DNA of 57,480 nt from Octopus bimaculoides. Its lineage: Eukaryota. The notes below the pieces were generated by a model. That model did not search any database and was not told where the DNA came from. It was given only the letters and a program-made list of their open reading frames with translations. Of this stretch, positions 37,608-50,741 are shown in pieces. The translations under genes and the position numbers were made by a program. Position 1 is the first letter of the stretch. The number at the start of each line of letters is the position of its first letter. The stretch spans positions 45,728,884-45,786,363 of the forward strand of contig NC_068989.1 in assembly GCF_001194135.2 (NCBI RefSeq), written 5' to 3'.

Positions 37608-38140
37608 GGGAGCTAGTAGAATCGTTACCGTCAAACAATATGCTTAGCGGCATTTCGTCCTACTATACGTTCTGAGTTCGAACAGCGCCAGGGTCTACTC
37701 TGCCATTCATCCTTTCGGGATCGATAAAATAAGTACCTCTTGAATCCAAGGTCGATCTAATTTACTTAGTTCCTCCCTTAAAATTGCTGGCCTTGTGCCA
37801 AGACTTGTAAACGATATTTCATATTCTTAAGGCATAGAGCCGATAGCATAGTTACCGCGTCGGACAAAATGCTTAACGGCATTTCGTTGTGAGATTGAAT
37901 AGTGCCAGGGTCTACTCTGCCTTTCATCCTGTCGGGGTCGATAAAGTCCTAAGTTGGCTACAGTTGTGCTGGTGTTATGAAATATAATTTATTCATGACT
38001 ATTCTGTCTTTTCATCAGATATAGACTATATTATCATATGCAATGGTTATAAGATGATAGCTGCTGTTGAGTACTAGTGTCTATATCATCGACTTCATCC
38101 TTATCCCGAAATCGCTGGAGTTGTACCAAAATTTGAAGTC
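37608..38140 (+). mobile_element. Two tandem SINE type B copies, the second split by the 37945-38075 repeat
   Basis: Heads at ~37608 and ~37835; second copy resumes at about 38076 and ends ccaaaatttgaag. Confidence 0.75.
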
Positions 38141-38845
38141 AATATTTAATATTCTTAATGTGTATGTATAATGTTCTTATTTGTCATAGAACTCTCAAAT
38201 TGTACAGAGATGTGAAAGCTTCACTGTTCAACGTATTGAGCTTTCTATACCGGTGATATACTATACCACGTCTCTTGTAAAACTTTCTATTCGGTAGTTT
38301 TGCAACAACTAGTGACAAGCTTCAATGGTGATGTTATGTTTTAGGAGAGAAATTTGCATCTTCTTCACTCTTTAGTTCATTTAATCATAGTGCATCGCAG
38401 CTGTGCTGTTTATTTACATTTCAGATTCTGGTCATCATCAGATAGAGGAACAATTACAACCTTCAGAGTGTGACTTCACAAACACTGATGCAAACGTTTG
38501 CAAGTTTGATACAAACATTGGCCAGATAGACCTCTGCTCCTGTAATTAACTATGATATCAGCTTTCTATTTACCGCTTGTATTTCGTGTTTAAGGGCAAT
38601 TACGCCATCTACTACAGCCTCTCATCAGCAGTTCCTGTACATATTCCATAGTCTAGCATGAAGTTGTATGTAGCTAGTGCTTTGTAAATTCATTACCACC
38701 ATTGCATAACACGGAAGTAACCAACAACCGGGTACTATTGCTTCTTTTGTTTTGTTAGGTCGTCCATTTTCTTTCAGCGGTATAGACTTTGATCGATAAG
38801 TCTTACACCCATCTGTTAGCGAATGGTAATAGTAATTCTCTTTCT

Positions 38846-38886
<41 letters not shown>

Positions 38887-39934
38887 NNNNNNNNNNNNNN
38901 NNNNNNNNNNNNNNNNNNNNNNNNNNNNNNNNNNNNNNNNNNNNNNNNNNNNNNNNNNNNNNNNNNNNNNNNNNNNNNNNNNNNNNNNNNNNNNNNNNNN
39001 NNNNNNNNNNNNNNNNNNNNNNNNNNNNNNNNNNNNNNNNNNNNNNNNNNNNNNNNNNNNNNNNNNNNNNNNNNNNNNNNNNNNNNNNNNNNNNNNNNNN
39101 NNNNNNNNNNNNNNNNNNNNNNNNNNNNNNNNNNNNNNNNNNNNNNNNNNNNNNNNNNNNNNNNNNNNNNNNNNNNNNNNNNNNNNNNNNNNNNNNNNNN
39201 NNNNNNNNNNNNNNNNNNNNNNNNNNNNNNNNNNNNNNNNNNNNNNNNNNNNNNNNNNNNNNNNNNNNTATATATATATACTTACATGCACACACATACA
39301 CACATATACACATACACACATACAAGTACACACCCAACACACAACTCACACACAAACTTTTAGTAATGTTTCTCTGTTTTTTTTTTAATTTCTTGCTGCG
39401 AATACGCCTAACGGATAATTTGGACAGTTTTCTTTTCTTATAAAGCTTGTACAATATCATTTAGCTAAAGAAAACTATTGAATTACAACGTTAAAAGTGA
39501 TTTCATTTCGCTTCGCCTAAATAATTCTGCAAACTTTGAGCTTTCTATAAAGTCTGTTTAAAATTACATTGATATCTCAGTCACAAATTTATAGTATATA
39601 AGTATAGTCGCTTCATCGATCTACGTACATGTCTAGTATATAGCTTATCGATCTCTCAGTTTGCGACCAAAGAAGAAAAAAAGATCTCTATTAAAAATTA
39701 ATTTCTAACATTAGCTCAGGGCCAAAAATGTTGTGTAGTATGGTGATCGATTATATCCAATACTCTAAGGAATATTAAAGATTTCTAGCTAATGCCAAAG
39801 ACCTAAGAATTGCTTATTATATCGATTCGGTGAAGTTTGAGCTCGGACCATGCAGAAGTAACGGAACGACTAAATCTACCAGTTTTATGATTCATCGACT
39901 TTTTAAAAAAAATAGCTATAAATCATACACAGGG

Positions 39935-40045
39935 TGGAAGGCAGCCGTATAAATTCGATCATAATACACGACTACTTTATTTCAGGGACCCAATAAGAAT
40001 GAAATCTAAGTCGACCTTGGCGGGGTTTGAACTCCGAGTGTACCT
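39935..40045 (-). mobile_element. Degraded SINE type B fragment
   Basis: gaatgaaatctaagtcgaccttggcggggtttgaactc. Confidence 0.5.
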
Positions 40046-40203
40046 ATATAACTACAAGGTACTTAATCCAGTTTTATAATCTTTTAAAATTTGTATCTAT
40101 GCATTATACAAAAAGCAAGAAATTTAGAAGGAAAGATTGATCAATTATATGAACCCAAGACTTTACTGGAATTTATTTTCATTGACCTTGTACGCGTGAT
40201 ATG

Positions 40204-40420
40204 TACGAGGGTGAACAGGATAGTTCCTGGCTTTGGGTAAAAGAAAATATAAGAGGACCAGCTAATTATAATTACATTCAACATATTCCTCACCTAGGTT
40301 CACACACATGTTGTAGCTGTCCTTCAATTTCTCTAAACCCTGTAAAAGAAGTCGGAAGGTTAGGCCTCCAGCCAGGCCTTCCACGATACTCTGAAAGTCG
40401 GGAACTTTTTAGCACTTCAA
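40204..40420. mobile_element. Mariner-derived MITE (same family as 30622-30832)
   Basis: tacgagggtgaacaggatagttcctggcttt ... aaagtcgggaactttttagcac. Confidence 0.75.
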
Positions 40421-41209
40421 CAGGGTTTGATCTCAGAACATAACGAGCCGTGACAGGATACCGCTAAGTATTTTGTCGGGGCGCTATAATCAATTGTGTA
40501 ACATATAAATCTATTAAATGATGGAGGGAGTGGATCGCCATTCGTACGTCTATAAGGATTCAGTCGTTCAGTCATCCGAATTACCTGCTTAACGAACGTC
40601 TAACATGGCTGAGTATGCTTACAGACACATGTACTTTTAATGTCATTCTTAATCAGGATTAACGTGATAGTGAGTGTGTTGCAATGCTGTGTCATCTAGA
40701 AAAACTGAATTAGGTGAACTTCTATAATTTCTATCAATCCAATTTTACTCACTCTGGTTTCACGTGATGCTAAAGAAAATAAAATTTGCTCAAGATGTAA
40801 GGCAGTGGGACCGAACACTTGACCACATGGTGAGAGAACAAATGTCTTAACCATTCAGCCATACTATGCCTGGAAATTAGTTGAATAAAAACCACTAAAA
40901 CTGCATACTGAATAAATAATGTTGAAGTCATCTACTTTAAATTCCAACAAACTGAAAAGCCTAAATGCAAATTTATGATATAAATTTCTGATGAATTATA
41001 AAGAGCCATCTGTATTTGTTTAGTAACTGGAATTTAAAGCAATTGTAACGGGAAGTTGATTGTATCAGTAAGATATTTTCTTCGTATTGTGTCTTCATAG
41101 ACGTTGTAATGTGGTGGTGTAAGAATCCTCAGCTTACAAATTGATTGCAGATATGAAATTTGTTTCAACACCCATTAATCTCTGGATATTAAAATTCCCC
41201 ATTCGTCCA

Positions 41210-41740
41210 TGCATCAGTCCTTCCATCCATTCATCCATCTATCCATCCATTCATCCATCCATCTAATCTTTCATCGATCCATCCACTAATAAAACTTCAC
41301 CCATCCATCAATTGTCTCTCCTCACTATTCCTGGAAGGGTCCTGGAGTAGAGTCCTAAGGCAAATCCCCAACATAGTCCAGTCAGAAACAAGCGTCACAA
41401 TACTTTCCGGTTAGATTTCCAAGAGTGATCATCTAAGACTATCGATGTTATCCATCCATTTCCTTCTTGGTCTACTACCTCTAGGTCTTCTGCCCCACCG
41501 AATGGCTCGGTAGGTAAAGTCCGTCATGCGATGCTTTTCCGCTACATTCTTATCACATGTCTGTAGTACATTACGCCTCTACATGGAAAGACTCCTTGAT
41601 CACCGACCTACATACCTTGTCGAGGAAAGTTACTCCAGAGATCCTTTGGAGGAACAGCAATTTTCGGCCGCTTACAATTTTTTTTTTTGTCTCGTTCATT
41701 TTCTCCGAGAGTCACTAAATTGTATGAACGCTATTTTTCG
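41210..41740 (-). mobile_element. RTE LINE 3' end with (ATGG)n tail
   Basis: GRRPRG..RPRRKWMDNI; tail appears as (TCCA)n at ~41215-41290. Confidence 0.7.
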
Positions 41741-41761
41741 CCATTAGAGTAAATTATAATG

Positions 41762-42005
41762 TACTCTTTTATCTTTTACTTGTTTCAGTCATAAGACTGT
41801 GGTCAAGCTGGGGCACCACCACGAAGAATTTTTGTCGAATGAATGGACCCCAGGAATTATTTTTTTTGTTTTTAAAACTTGGCACTTATTCTATCANNNN
41901 NNNNNNNNNNNNNNNNNNNNNNNNNNNNNNNNNNNNNNNNNNNNNNNNNNNNNNNNNNNNNNNNNNNNNNNNNNNNNNNNNNNNNNNNNNNNNNNNNNNN
42001 NNNNN

Positions 42006-42046
<41 letters not shown>

Positions 42047-42186
42047 ACGTATATGTATATGTATATGTATATGTATATACACACACACGGCAGGTTTCTT
42101 TCAGTTTCTATCTACCGAATCCACTCACACGGCTTTTGTTGCCTTCAGGCTATAGTAGAAGAATTTCTTACCATACAGCCACGGCC
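41762..42186 (-). mobile_element. SINE type A spanning an N-gap, head internally deleted
   Basis: cttttacttgtttcagtca tail and tttcagttt..taccgaatccactcac head pieces. Confidence 0.8.
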
Positions 42187-42439
42187 GTCCCTATATAATT
42201 TCATTTAAAAGAAATTAATCTTCGAATAAATAGTTTCACTGAAATGGAGTACTGTGACAGCCTTAGAAATGGAGACTGAATAAAATAGAAAAACTGAACA
42301 AATAATGTTTAGGTAAATATGAGACAAACGTGCTGCTTTAAGTCAACCTAGCAACCAGCCAGCCAACATGCCAGCCGGCAAAGTACTCAATAATGCTTAA
42401 GGGTTTGGGGAAGAGGAGAAGTATATTACATTTTTTGCT

Positions 42440-42484
<45 letters not shown>

Positions 42485-42600
42485 ATTCATTATCATTATT
42501 ATTACTAGTTTTAGTATTAATAATAGTAGTGGTGGTATTGGTAGTAGCGGTAGTAGTAGTAGTAGTAGTAGTAGTAGTTGTTGTTGTTGTTGTTTAGGTT
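42440..42600 (+). repeat. Compound trinucleotide microsatellite (ATC)n/(ATT)n/(AGT)n/(GTT)n
   Basis: Direct reading. Confidence 0.95.
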
Positions 42601-42626
42601 TAGCTTCATGTCACCCACATACTTGT

Positions 42627-42670
<44 letters not shown>

Positions 42671-42726
42671 NNNNNNNNNNNNNNNNNNNNNNNNNNNNNN
42701 NNNNNNNNNNNNNNNNNNNNNNNNNN

Positions 42727-42762
<36 letters not shown>

Positions 42763-43289
42763 GCGTGTGCGTATGTGTTTATACATAGATATATGCCCAT
42801 GCGTGTGAAGTGAATATATCTGAAAGCATAGACCGAAGACGTTGAGAATGAACTGTTAAACACTATAAGTTTACTACTAACAAGCTCACTTGCAACGCTG
42901 CGCTGGGTAAACGTTTATAGAATCGATTGCCTTGTAAGACGTTGCATGAACACGATTGGTTATAAACAATCAACGAAATTCATGAATTGTCTCAAATATA
43001 TAATATGAAGCTTTAACTATACTCTTTACTTATTTCAAAGACATGCTAACTTAAATTATAAAATATATAATCTTAGCAATATTAAATCTCTGAGCGAGAA
43101 GTAAACAGTGGCAGTACGGAATCGTAAAATATAATCGCCAACTAAATGTGGCAGTCCTATAGAGGACAATGCTACTGTTGTTTTTAGCCCCAGGAGGATA
43201 TCTCCCCAGCTGGCTAACGACACACTATCTGTGTCCGATTAGTATTTGCGAGGGGAAATCATCGTTCCCATCTCTAGCCTTACGTGATA

Positions 43290-43334
43290 CACACAGACTC
43301 GGGTTTCTAGGTAGTAACCCATCATCAGTGTGTG
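43290..43334 (-). ncRNA. Minimal type I hammerhead ribozyme (left arm)
   Basis: CACACA-CUGAUGA-UGGGU-UACU-ACCUA-GAAA-CCCGAG-UC-UGUGUG: helices I and II intact, one mismatch in palindromic helix III, GUC triplet. Confidence 0.8.
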
Positions 43335-43488
43335 ATAATCAAAAGCTAGTGATGAAAACTCATTCCTTTCGCTCAGAGATTTATTATTGCTTGTTTCTCC
43401 TTTTTCGAGATCAGTGACAGTTTGCCACTGGAAAAAGCATATAGTATTTTGGGTGTGGAATAACTTTTCATCACTAGCACGTGATTAT

Positions 43489-43533
43489 CACAAACTGATG
43501 ACGGGTTACTACCTAGAAACCCGGGTCTGTGTG
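43489..43533 (+). ncRNA. Minimal type I hammerhead ribozyme (right arm)
   Basis: CACAAA-CUGAUGA-CGGGU-UACU-ACCUA-GAAA-CCCGGG-UC-UGUGUG: perfect ACCCGGGU palindrome, one mismatch each in helices I and II. Confidence 0.75.
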
Positions 43534-44649
43534 TATCACGTAATGCTAGAGATGGGAACGATGATTTTTCCTTCGCAAATACTAATCAGACAGTGTGTCG
43601 TTAGCCAGCTGGGGAGATATCCTCCTGGAGCTAAAAACAACTGTAGCATCGTCCTCTATGGGACCGCGATATTTAGTTGGCAATTATATTTTACGATATA
43701 CAATCTTATTCTTACCAATAATACCCACTTCCTAAAACTACAGACGTTTTTGTAAAATGTGAAGCAATATACAATTTATCATAATATTACTGCCAGGTTT
43801 GTAAGGGTGACGTAGATGGTGAACGTACTGAGCAGTAATTAATTTCGTTGATTAATGACCAATTTAAAATCCTACCAATCAGCTTCCACATGACATTTTA
43901 TCGCGTCGTTGTTTTGCAGGGAATATTTACTATGTTCAATTCAACAGGCCATATCTGCTCCAACACATTTCGTGCGCATAGATACAAAAATGCTAAATTA
44001 TGCAATAAGATACATAATAATAAAGAATATGCAATCTGAAATTATACCGTTAAGTGGTCAACAATTGACCGGTATACATCCAAACCCAAGAAGCATTGTG
44101 AGCACATAACTATAAGAGGGAGGATTTTTCACTTTGTATGCAAGATAGATGTTGTAGGTGCCATAATTTCAATACATACAAAGTTAGAAGTAGATATATA
44201 GAACGGTGGAGACATCTTAAAAGTTTTTGTTTCATTTCTTTTATTCGTTTTTCTCGTGTTCCTTTATCATATAGCAATAATATGTTAATGATTCAAAAGC
44301 AAGTAAATGCTACTTTATGTATGATGCATTTTCTTTATAATGATATAGCAAAAAGAAAGACAAACAAAGAGAACTAAAAGTACACCTAGCTGCTACACGA
44401 GAACGAGTAAGGCTCGGCAACAACTGAGATTCTTTCTTTTATTGCTTTACATGACGAAATTGTCACGAGCCGACATATATCATCATAGCAACGGCCTCGC
44501 CCTTAACCCAGCTGAGCGGGAGAGCAAAGTGACAGCTGGTGGAGGGATGGACGCACCAACATCCGGTTAGTTTTTGTTAATAGCTAATCATACTGGAGTA
44601 ACGTAAAATGAAGTATGTTAAAACGAGTAACTCTTGGTATCAAAACAGA

Positions 44650-44723
44650 TGCTCGCTTTGCTAACAGGTGGTTTGGAGTTCAGTCCCATTGCACCGTACT
44701 TTGAAGAAATGTCTTCATGTAGG

Positions 44724-44791
<68 letters not shown>

Positions 44792-45012
44792 GAGGATTGT
44801 TTCTCTCTCTGTTTGTGTTTTGTTCGTACCCCACTACCGCTTGACAACCAGTGTTTATTTACTTCCTTGTAATCTCTCGGTAGCCCCCCAAAAGAGCGAA
44901 AGAACTAGTACCCAGCTTTAAAAAAAAATAAATACTGTGTATATTTATTCGACTAAACCCGTCAAAATGGTACCCCAAAACGGCCGCATTCCAATGATCA
45001 AACAAGTAAACA
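44650..45012 (+). mobile_element. Degraded SINE type A with internal (GATA)n
   Basis: gagttcagtcccattgca head remnant; gcttgacaaccagtg and cggccgca..aaacaagtaa tail. Confidence 0.7.
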
Positions 45013-45849
45013 AGTAATCAACGAAAACCAAAACAAGAAGAACTTCTCTATCTATCGCGTGATATGAAATTATTATTGCTCTCTTTTACATGCACAATAG
45101 ATTTATAATATACAGAAGACGTAGAATGGACATTCTAGTCAGGCTAACATTCAGTTATCGATCTTAGGAAAGTAAAATTAACTTCACTATGAATCGAAGC
45201 CGGGTCACAACATCGGATCACCGATAGCTTGCAGCGTCACTTTGGTGCCAACTAAATAGCATTCAATTAGTAATGAGCAATTGGTAGTCATTCATTTGGT
45301 CGGTCGCAATTTTCAATAATCAATATTTCTATTCGTTTGGTTTAGATACAATTTAATATATTTTCAAGTCTTTGCTATTAAGAAAGAGATTTCACTCAAA
45401 TATTCTTAGGAGGAAGTCAGATATAAATTAGTAGAATGGTCAATGTCAGAAAATCTTAAGACGCAAGCAGGAAAAAAGTATTGATTTCTAATATTGGTAC
45501 AAAGCCACAATTATTATATAGAAGTTACGATGATTTAGGTTGCACACGCCTACCGAGTAAGTGACAACAGGTAGAAGGTGGAAAAAAGAAAAAATATTAA
45601 CAGACTGGATCTCGAGAGACAATGAAAATAAACAAGATAAAGAGAAGAATTTGATGAATTTCAAAAGAAAGTTGAACATCAGATACACAAAGTCAAAAGT
45701 TTTGGAGAAATATCACGAATATTTCAACTCAATAGTGGGATACAATATATATGCAGTATATTATATACATTACTCAGTCTGTTTAAGGGTATCACATGGG
45801 AAAATAATGCTGGGTACGGTATGTCTGGCTGTAGCCAATCAGCCATATG

Positions 45850-46230
45850 CGTGCTCGGAAGGCTCTACCGCAGGTCGGGCAGTAGTGGTCTGTTCGCACT
45901 GAAGGCAAGGAATTGGCTCTGGACCAGCGAAAGTCGCGTTCTCTGTGTGCCCTTGAATTTCTGTTCTCTTCGTATGAGGTAGGACCACTGTAAGTGCATC
46001 TTTACTAGGCAAAGCAGTCTCGTGCTTGAATTTCCCAGGTGTTGGGATTGACCTCAGCTCTTCAGTGGAGCTTTCAGTGTGCCCCTGAATCGGTTTTTCT
46101 GTCAAACATGCGTGCACTTGCCATCCGCAGGTTCACTGTAAAGTCTTTCGGGAAGGTTCATGTTGGGCGTTAGGATGTCCACTAAGCCAACAGTTTTTCT
46201 AAGCAGTTCTACTGCCTAAGCTACCGTACG
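45850..46230 (-). mobile_element. RTE LINE 3' fragment
   Basis: QKNRFRGTLKAPLKS (KRFKDTLKASLK-like) and PCLQCE zinc-finger-like end. Confidence 0.65.
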
Positions 46231-46252
46231 TCTGTAAAACTTTGACGGCTAT

Positions 46253-46325
<73 letters not shown>

Positions 46326-46376
46326 CAGATATTGATATATACCTTGGATGCTTTTATATGTATACCCTTTTATGTA

Positions 46377-46432
<56 letters not shown>

Positions 46433-46434
46433 GC

Positions 46435-46590
46435 TGCAGGCGCATGCATCGCTGCTAAGACACTTCCTTCCCAACCACATGGTTCTGGGTTCAGTCCTAC
46501 TGCACGGTATATTGACATCGTATATATATATGTATATATATGGGTGTCGCTTTTTGTTTGTGTTTGCCTCCCGACCCCTGTCACCACCAA
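46435..46590 (+). mobile_element. Truncated SINE type A
   Basis: cttcccaaccacatggttctgggttcagtcctactgcac head. Confidence 0.75.
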
Positions 46591-46979
46591 TATAGATATT
46601 AAAAACGAGAATATTGCAGCAAAGCTGCGTGCCATGTAAGCCAACGTATAACTTGTTTTATTCTTCTCTTCCGTTTTATTTTAACATGCGCATTGCGGTT
46701 TTTTTTTCATTCTTCTCTCCCGTCTTACGAATTCAGTGTACATTGTGCGTTCACACTTCTCTTTCCGGTTCCGACTGAAAACTGTTTACAAATCACAGCT
46801 ATCTGACGAACCTGCGTTCGTGAGATGGTTGTGAAATAATGCTGTGTATTAATATAAACTACCACTTCCCGTTGATAAGAGCGTCATTGGATAGCATTCT
46901 CGCGATGTCTCTTTTAATCCTGCTGTCCATTATTACAAATACACACTAAACTACAGAGTCTTTAGTGATAAAATACGTT

Positions 46980-49320
46980 ACGTACAGAACAGCCAATATT
47001 TAAGTTCGAAACAGGGACACACAATATGGTATGATACAATCCCTCCAATGGTTTAAATGCTCACTGAATTGTTCGAAGGATATCTTAAACCTAATAAATA
47101 CGCATTTTTCTGTAGATCGTACATATCATTATATGTTTAATTTGAGAGCATGATAGTGAGCTAAAGTTGCACTAAAATTCAATGCTGTTTTTACCAATGG
47201 ATATACACTCCCCTTTAGTTTTGCATCTCGGTGTATGTGCCTTTGTATTAATCATCCCCATTGCAGAATAAATGTCGGTCTTCTTTGCAATTAACAAAGA
47301 ATATAAAGTGTTTATCGTTTGAACAGAATATCCTTTTAAAAATGTTCTCTCAACATCTCTTTACATTCAGACATTGAGCGAAAAGCTTTACAAATTTACG
47401 ATCCACTTATAGCTGGATTTTGCTGATGCTAATATTAAGAATAACTTTTACAAATCAGGGATATCCGGAGTTATATTACATTTTTACTGTTTTACCATTG
47501 TGAATATTTCTGTTGTTTTTCTATATATAAAGATTATATCTACTTATAGTTAAAGCATCTTTGAAGTATGATTTAGAATCCAGAATATTTATTTAGAGGC
47601 AATAAATTTTGAATGTCAAGTTGAAGTGATCTGACAACGTTGTGGGCATTGTTTGTATAGTGGTTTGATAAGCGGTTTATATAATTTATCGGATCGCTTG
47701 GTTTATGGAATGGATAGTACATAGAGCTATTTAAGTTGAGGATTACGTCACGATAATTAGCAACAGTAATATTTCACTTGGCGTTCATCCGAAATCCATG
47801 TTATTTAAAGAAAATGTTTCAATGTTTACTCAATCAATCTATTTGTTGCAGATTGAGATTATTTGTAATTTATAAACTACCATCTCTTGACATAATCTTC
47901 TTTCGATCTTTAGTTATTTCTTGAAGTTAAATAACAGATCTGAACAACTAAATAACTTATCTCTTCGGAATAGTAAACGTCCACACTAAAGTCAAAAGAG
48001 GCGCTACAAGATTTCATGATTGAAAACATATCATGACATTTGAAAATTTTTATCTTAACTAGCAATATTATTCCGATTTTATTTCCATTAAAAACGGATT
48101 TGAAATACTTACTTGTGAGCTTATTTTGAGTGAACAAGGAACAATATCGTTAGATATAAAGCTCTAAGTATCGATCCTTGTTTTTATTTCGAATGGTTTT
48201 AGCACATTGGATTACAGGATGTGTATTATATGGAATACATCATTAATTAGTTTGGGACTGTACATCGTCAGTTCTATCATGTTGTCGTCTGAGAAGATTG
48301 TCAGTGATATCTTCACATTGTGGATAAGTTCCGCATTCTTGGTGAAGCAGACATCTAATATGTTATTGCTTCTGGTTAGGAAGAGTAAGGTTTGTTCCAT
48401 GAATAACATTTTCGTGAGATCAAGAAGAGATTCTGCTTGACTGCGCTGTTTGAGCGTCAATACTGAGATTATAATTCGCTCTTCGGCCATCTAATTTTGG
48501 GTAAGTTGAAGTCACCCATAAGAAGTACATTAATCCGTCGATTTAGTTTTGTTAGTACTTCTTTTATCATTGTAAGGCTTTCCTTGTGATTGGAGGCATC
48601 GGGTGGGCAATATAATGTGCATATTACCACATCCAGTTGCTTTAAGTGCACAATGAGTGTACTACAGACTGTGTTTCAATGTGACAACACGATTAGTTGT
48701 GTGACATCTTCACAGATGGACAACGCAAATCCACCGTGACTTTTCTATTTTGTCTGCACGTAATGTTACATAAATTGGTATGTATATCTCAGTATCATTT
48801 ATGTCTGCGGACAGATATGTCTCCGTAAGGCACGCAATTTTGGGCTTGTTGTTGTCTTGTAGGAAACCTCTGACATTTATCAGAGATGGTGTGATAGTCG
48901 ATTTTGCATTACTGGTGACCATCTTGAGTCTATAGTGTCAGGCTTGGGTGGGGGTGTGCATGATTTAGTTTAGATTACAACCATGCCACTTGTTCCACAC
49001 TTTAAAAATCCTTCTGTCCTACAATTGCAACTCGCACTGCATCTGCCTACAGATTTCTAAGTTGTCTTCTTCACTGCATGTGTGTATTGGGATACGTGTC
49101 CCTCTGGGCGTGGTTTTATTCAATCTTGTTGGTTAAGTGGAGAGTACTTTTTGCCATGGAATCCGTTCTGTCTGAGCTTTGACTGTGCGAGGCGGCAGTT
49201 CATCCGCATTTCTCCTTGTCACCAGACACCTTTTAGGTGGAACTTACAGATGGTACGTACTTCACGTAACTTTTTGTTTCTTTTGCTGTTTCTCTCCGTG
49301 GTTTCCTTTTTTGACTCTGA
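46980..49320 (-). mobile_element. Decayed CR1-like LINE (ORF1 remnant, AP endonuclease, eroded RT)
   Basis: INVRG..IACLTETYL, TLYCPPD, LMGDFNLPKIRW, TRSNNILDVCFT, SDDNMI match APE motifs; RT part below 48150 is barely recognisable. Confidence 0.85.
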
Positions 49321-49399
49321 ATTCCGTGTGCATGTACGTATATTTGTATGAATGTGTATTTTTATACGCCTGCGTATGCATCAGCAGTTTGACTACATG

Positions 49400-49600
49400 T
49401 GTACAGTTGGCGGTTTCTTTTTCCTCATTGGACGTTTTCCTCTTTGGACTTTTCCCCTTTTTCCTTTCCGACGAAGAGCTACGCTCGAGGCATCAAACTC
49501 TCTCCTTTCTCCGAGTCTCAAGCTAATACATTTCTCGTGCACATCCTCCCATTCGGTTTTTTTTCCACTTTTATTCATCTTTTATTCGTTTATTTGAACT
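49400..49600 (+). mobile_element. Solo decayed copy of HHR unit family 1
   Basis: tttccgacgaagagctacgctcgaggcatcaaa (GAAA to GAGG); flanks resemble 20450-20650. Confidence 0.7.
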
Positions 49601-49624
49601 GTTTGTTTATTTGAATTGGTTATA

Positions 49625-50706
49625 TATTTGTATATGTGGGTATGCATATATGTATATATATGTGCGTTTGTATGTGAGCATATACCTACTGGAGTCATAG
49701 TTATAGATATAGATACGAATTTACGCATTCATATTTGAATAGGTTCTTGCTTGTTTGCCTATGCCTGCGTTTGTGTATACGTATGTGTGAGCGTGTGTAT
49801 GTGTATCTATTTATATAGACGCTTAAAATACTGTTTGTTTATGTGTGATTGTGTGTGAAGCAAAGTTGTTTTTTTTTTAATGCGTCTATAAAGAAAATGC
49901 GTCTATTTGAATACTCCCTGTATCAATTATAGCTAATGTGTATATATAAATGATTTGCCTCTAAGTTTATGATGATGTATGTCTGTCTGTCGTTTCGGCC
50001 TGCCTCTTTGTCTCACGATCAGTCAGTATGTATGCATGTATGTATGTATGTATGTATGTATGTACGCATATGTGTATGTATGCATGTATGCATATATGTA
50101 TGTATGTATGTATACTTTTATGTTATATTTATGCATGTATATAGATATATCTATGTTGAATTATTATACAACAACTAGTTTTATTGTGGCTTCTACTGTC
50201 AAAGAGGACATTACTCTAGTTTTCTTTCCTTTCTTTGCATTTTTCGTGTCTCTTTCACCCTTCCAGTTTTGCATCAAATTTCTTGCTTTTTTTCTCGTGA
50301 TTTCTCATGTACCACAACCCTGATTCTCAAATAGATCAGACCATGTGTACCGAGCCATGAAATAACCTGGAGACACAAGCCGGGTTATGAATACCTGCAT
50401 AGACACGTGTCTTCATAGCAAGGAACTTTTAGTAACTCGTATCTTTATACTATGTACATTAAATTATACACACATAAATAAACAGTATTTTAAGTGTCTA
50501 TATAAACAGATACACATACACACGCACACACATGCGCATACACATTGACGCAGGCATAGGTAAATAAGCAAGGACCTATTCAAATATGAATGCGTAAATT
50601 CGTATATATATCTATGTCTATGACTCCAGTAGGTATATGCACACATACAAAGGCACATATATATAACCATATATATATATATATATATATATATATNNNN
50701 NNNNNN

Positions 50707-50741
<35 letters not shown>

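Larger units (their letters stand above)
43121..43697. mobile_element. Inverted pair of HHR-bearing units, family 3 (~238-bp arms, ~105-bp spacer)
   Basis: Arms 43121-43358 and 43465-43697 are highly similar inverted repeats, each with a hammerhead motif. Confidence 0.9.

Noticed and set aside
38408-38445. Minus-strand CUGAUGA-ugaccagaaucu-GAAA-UGUA
   Set aside because: Only 2 bp of helix II and a poor helix I; could be chance in AT-rich DNA.
46800-46845. ctgacga-acc..ggt-tgt-gaaa
   Set aside because: Extra bases precede GAAA and there is no palindromic helix III.
50400-50425. agacacgtgtct palindrome next to ctRtga as a hammerhead
   Set aside because: The core is incomplete in both copies and no GAAA follows.
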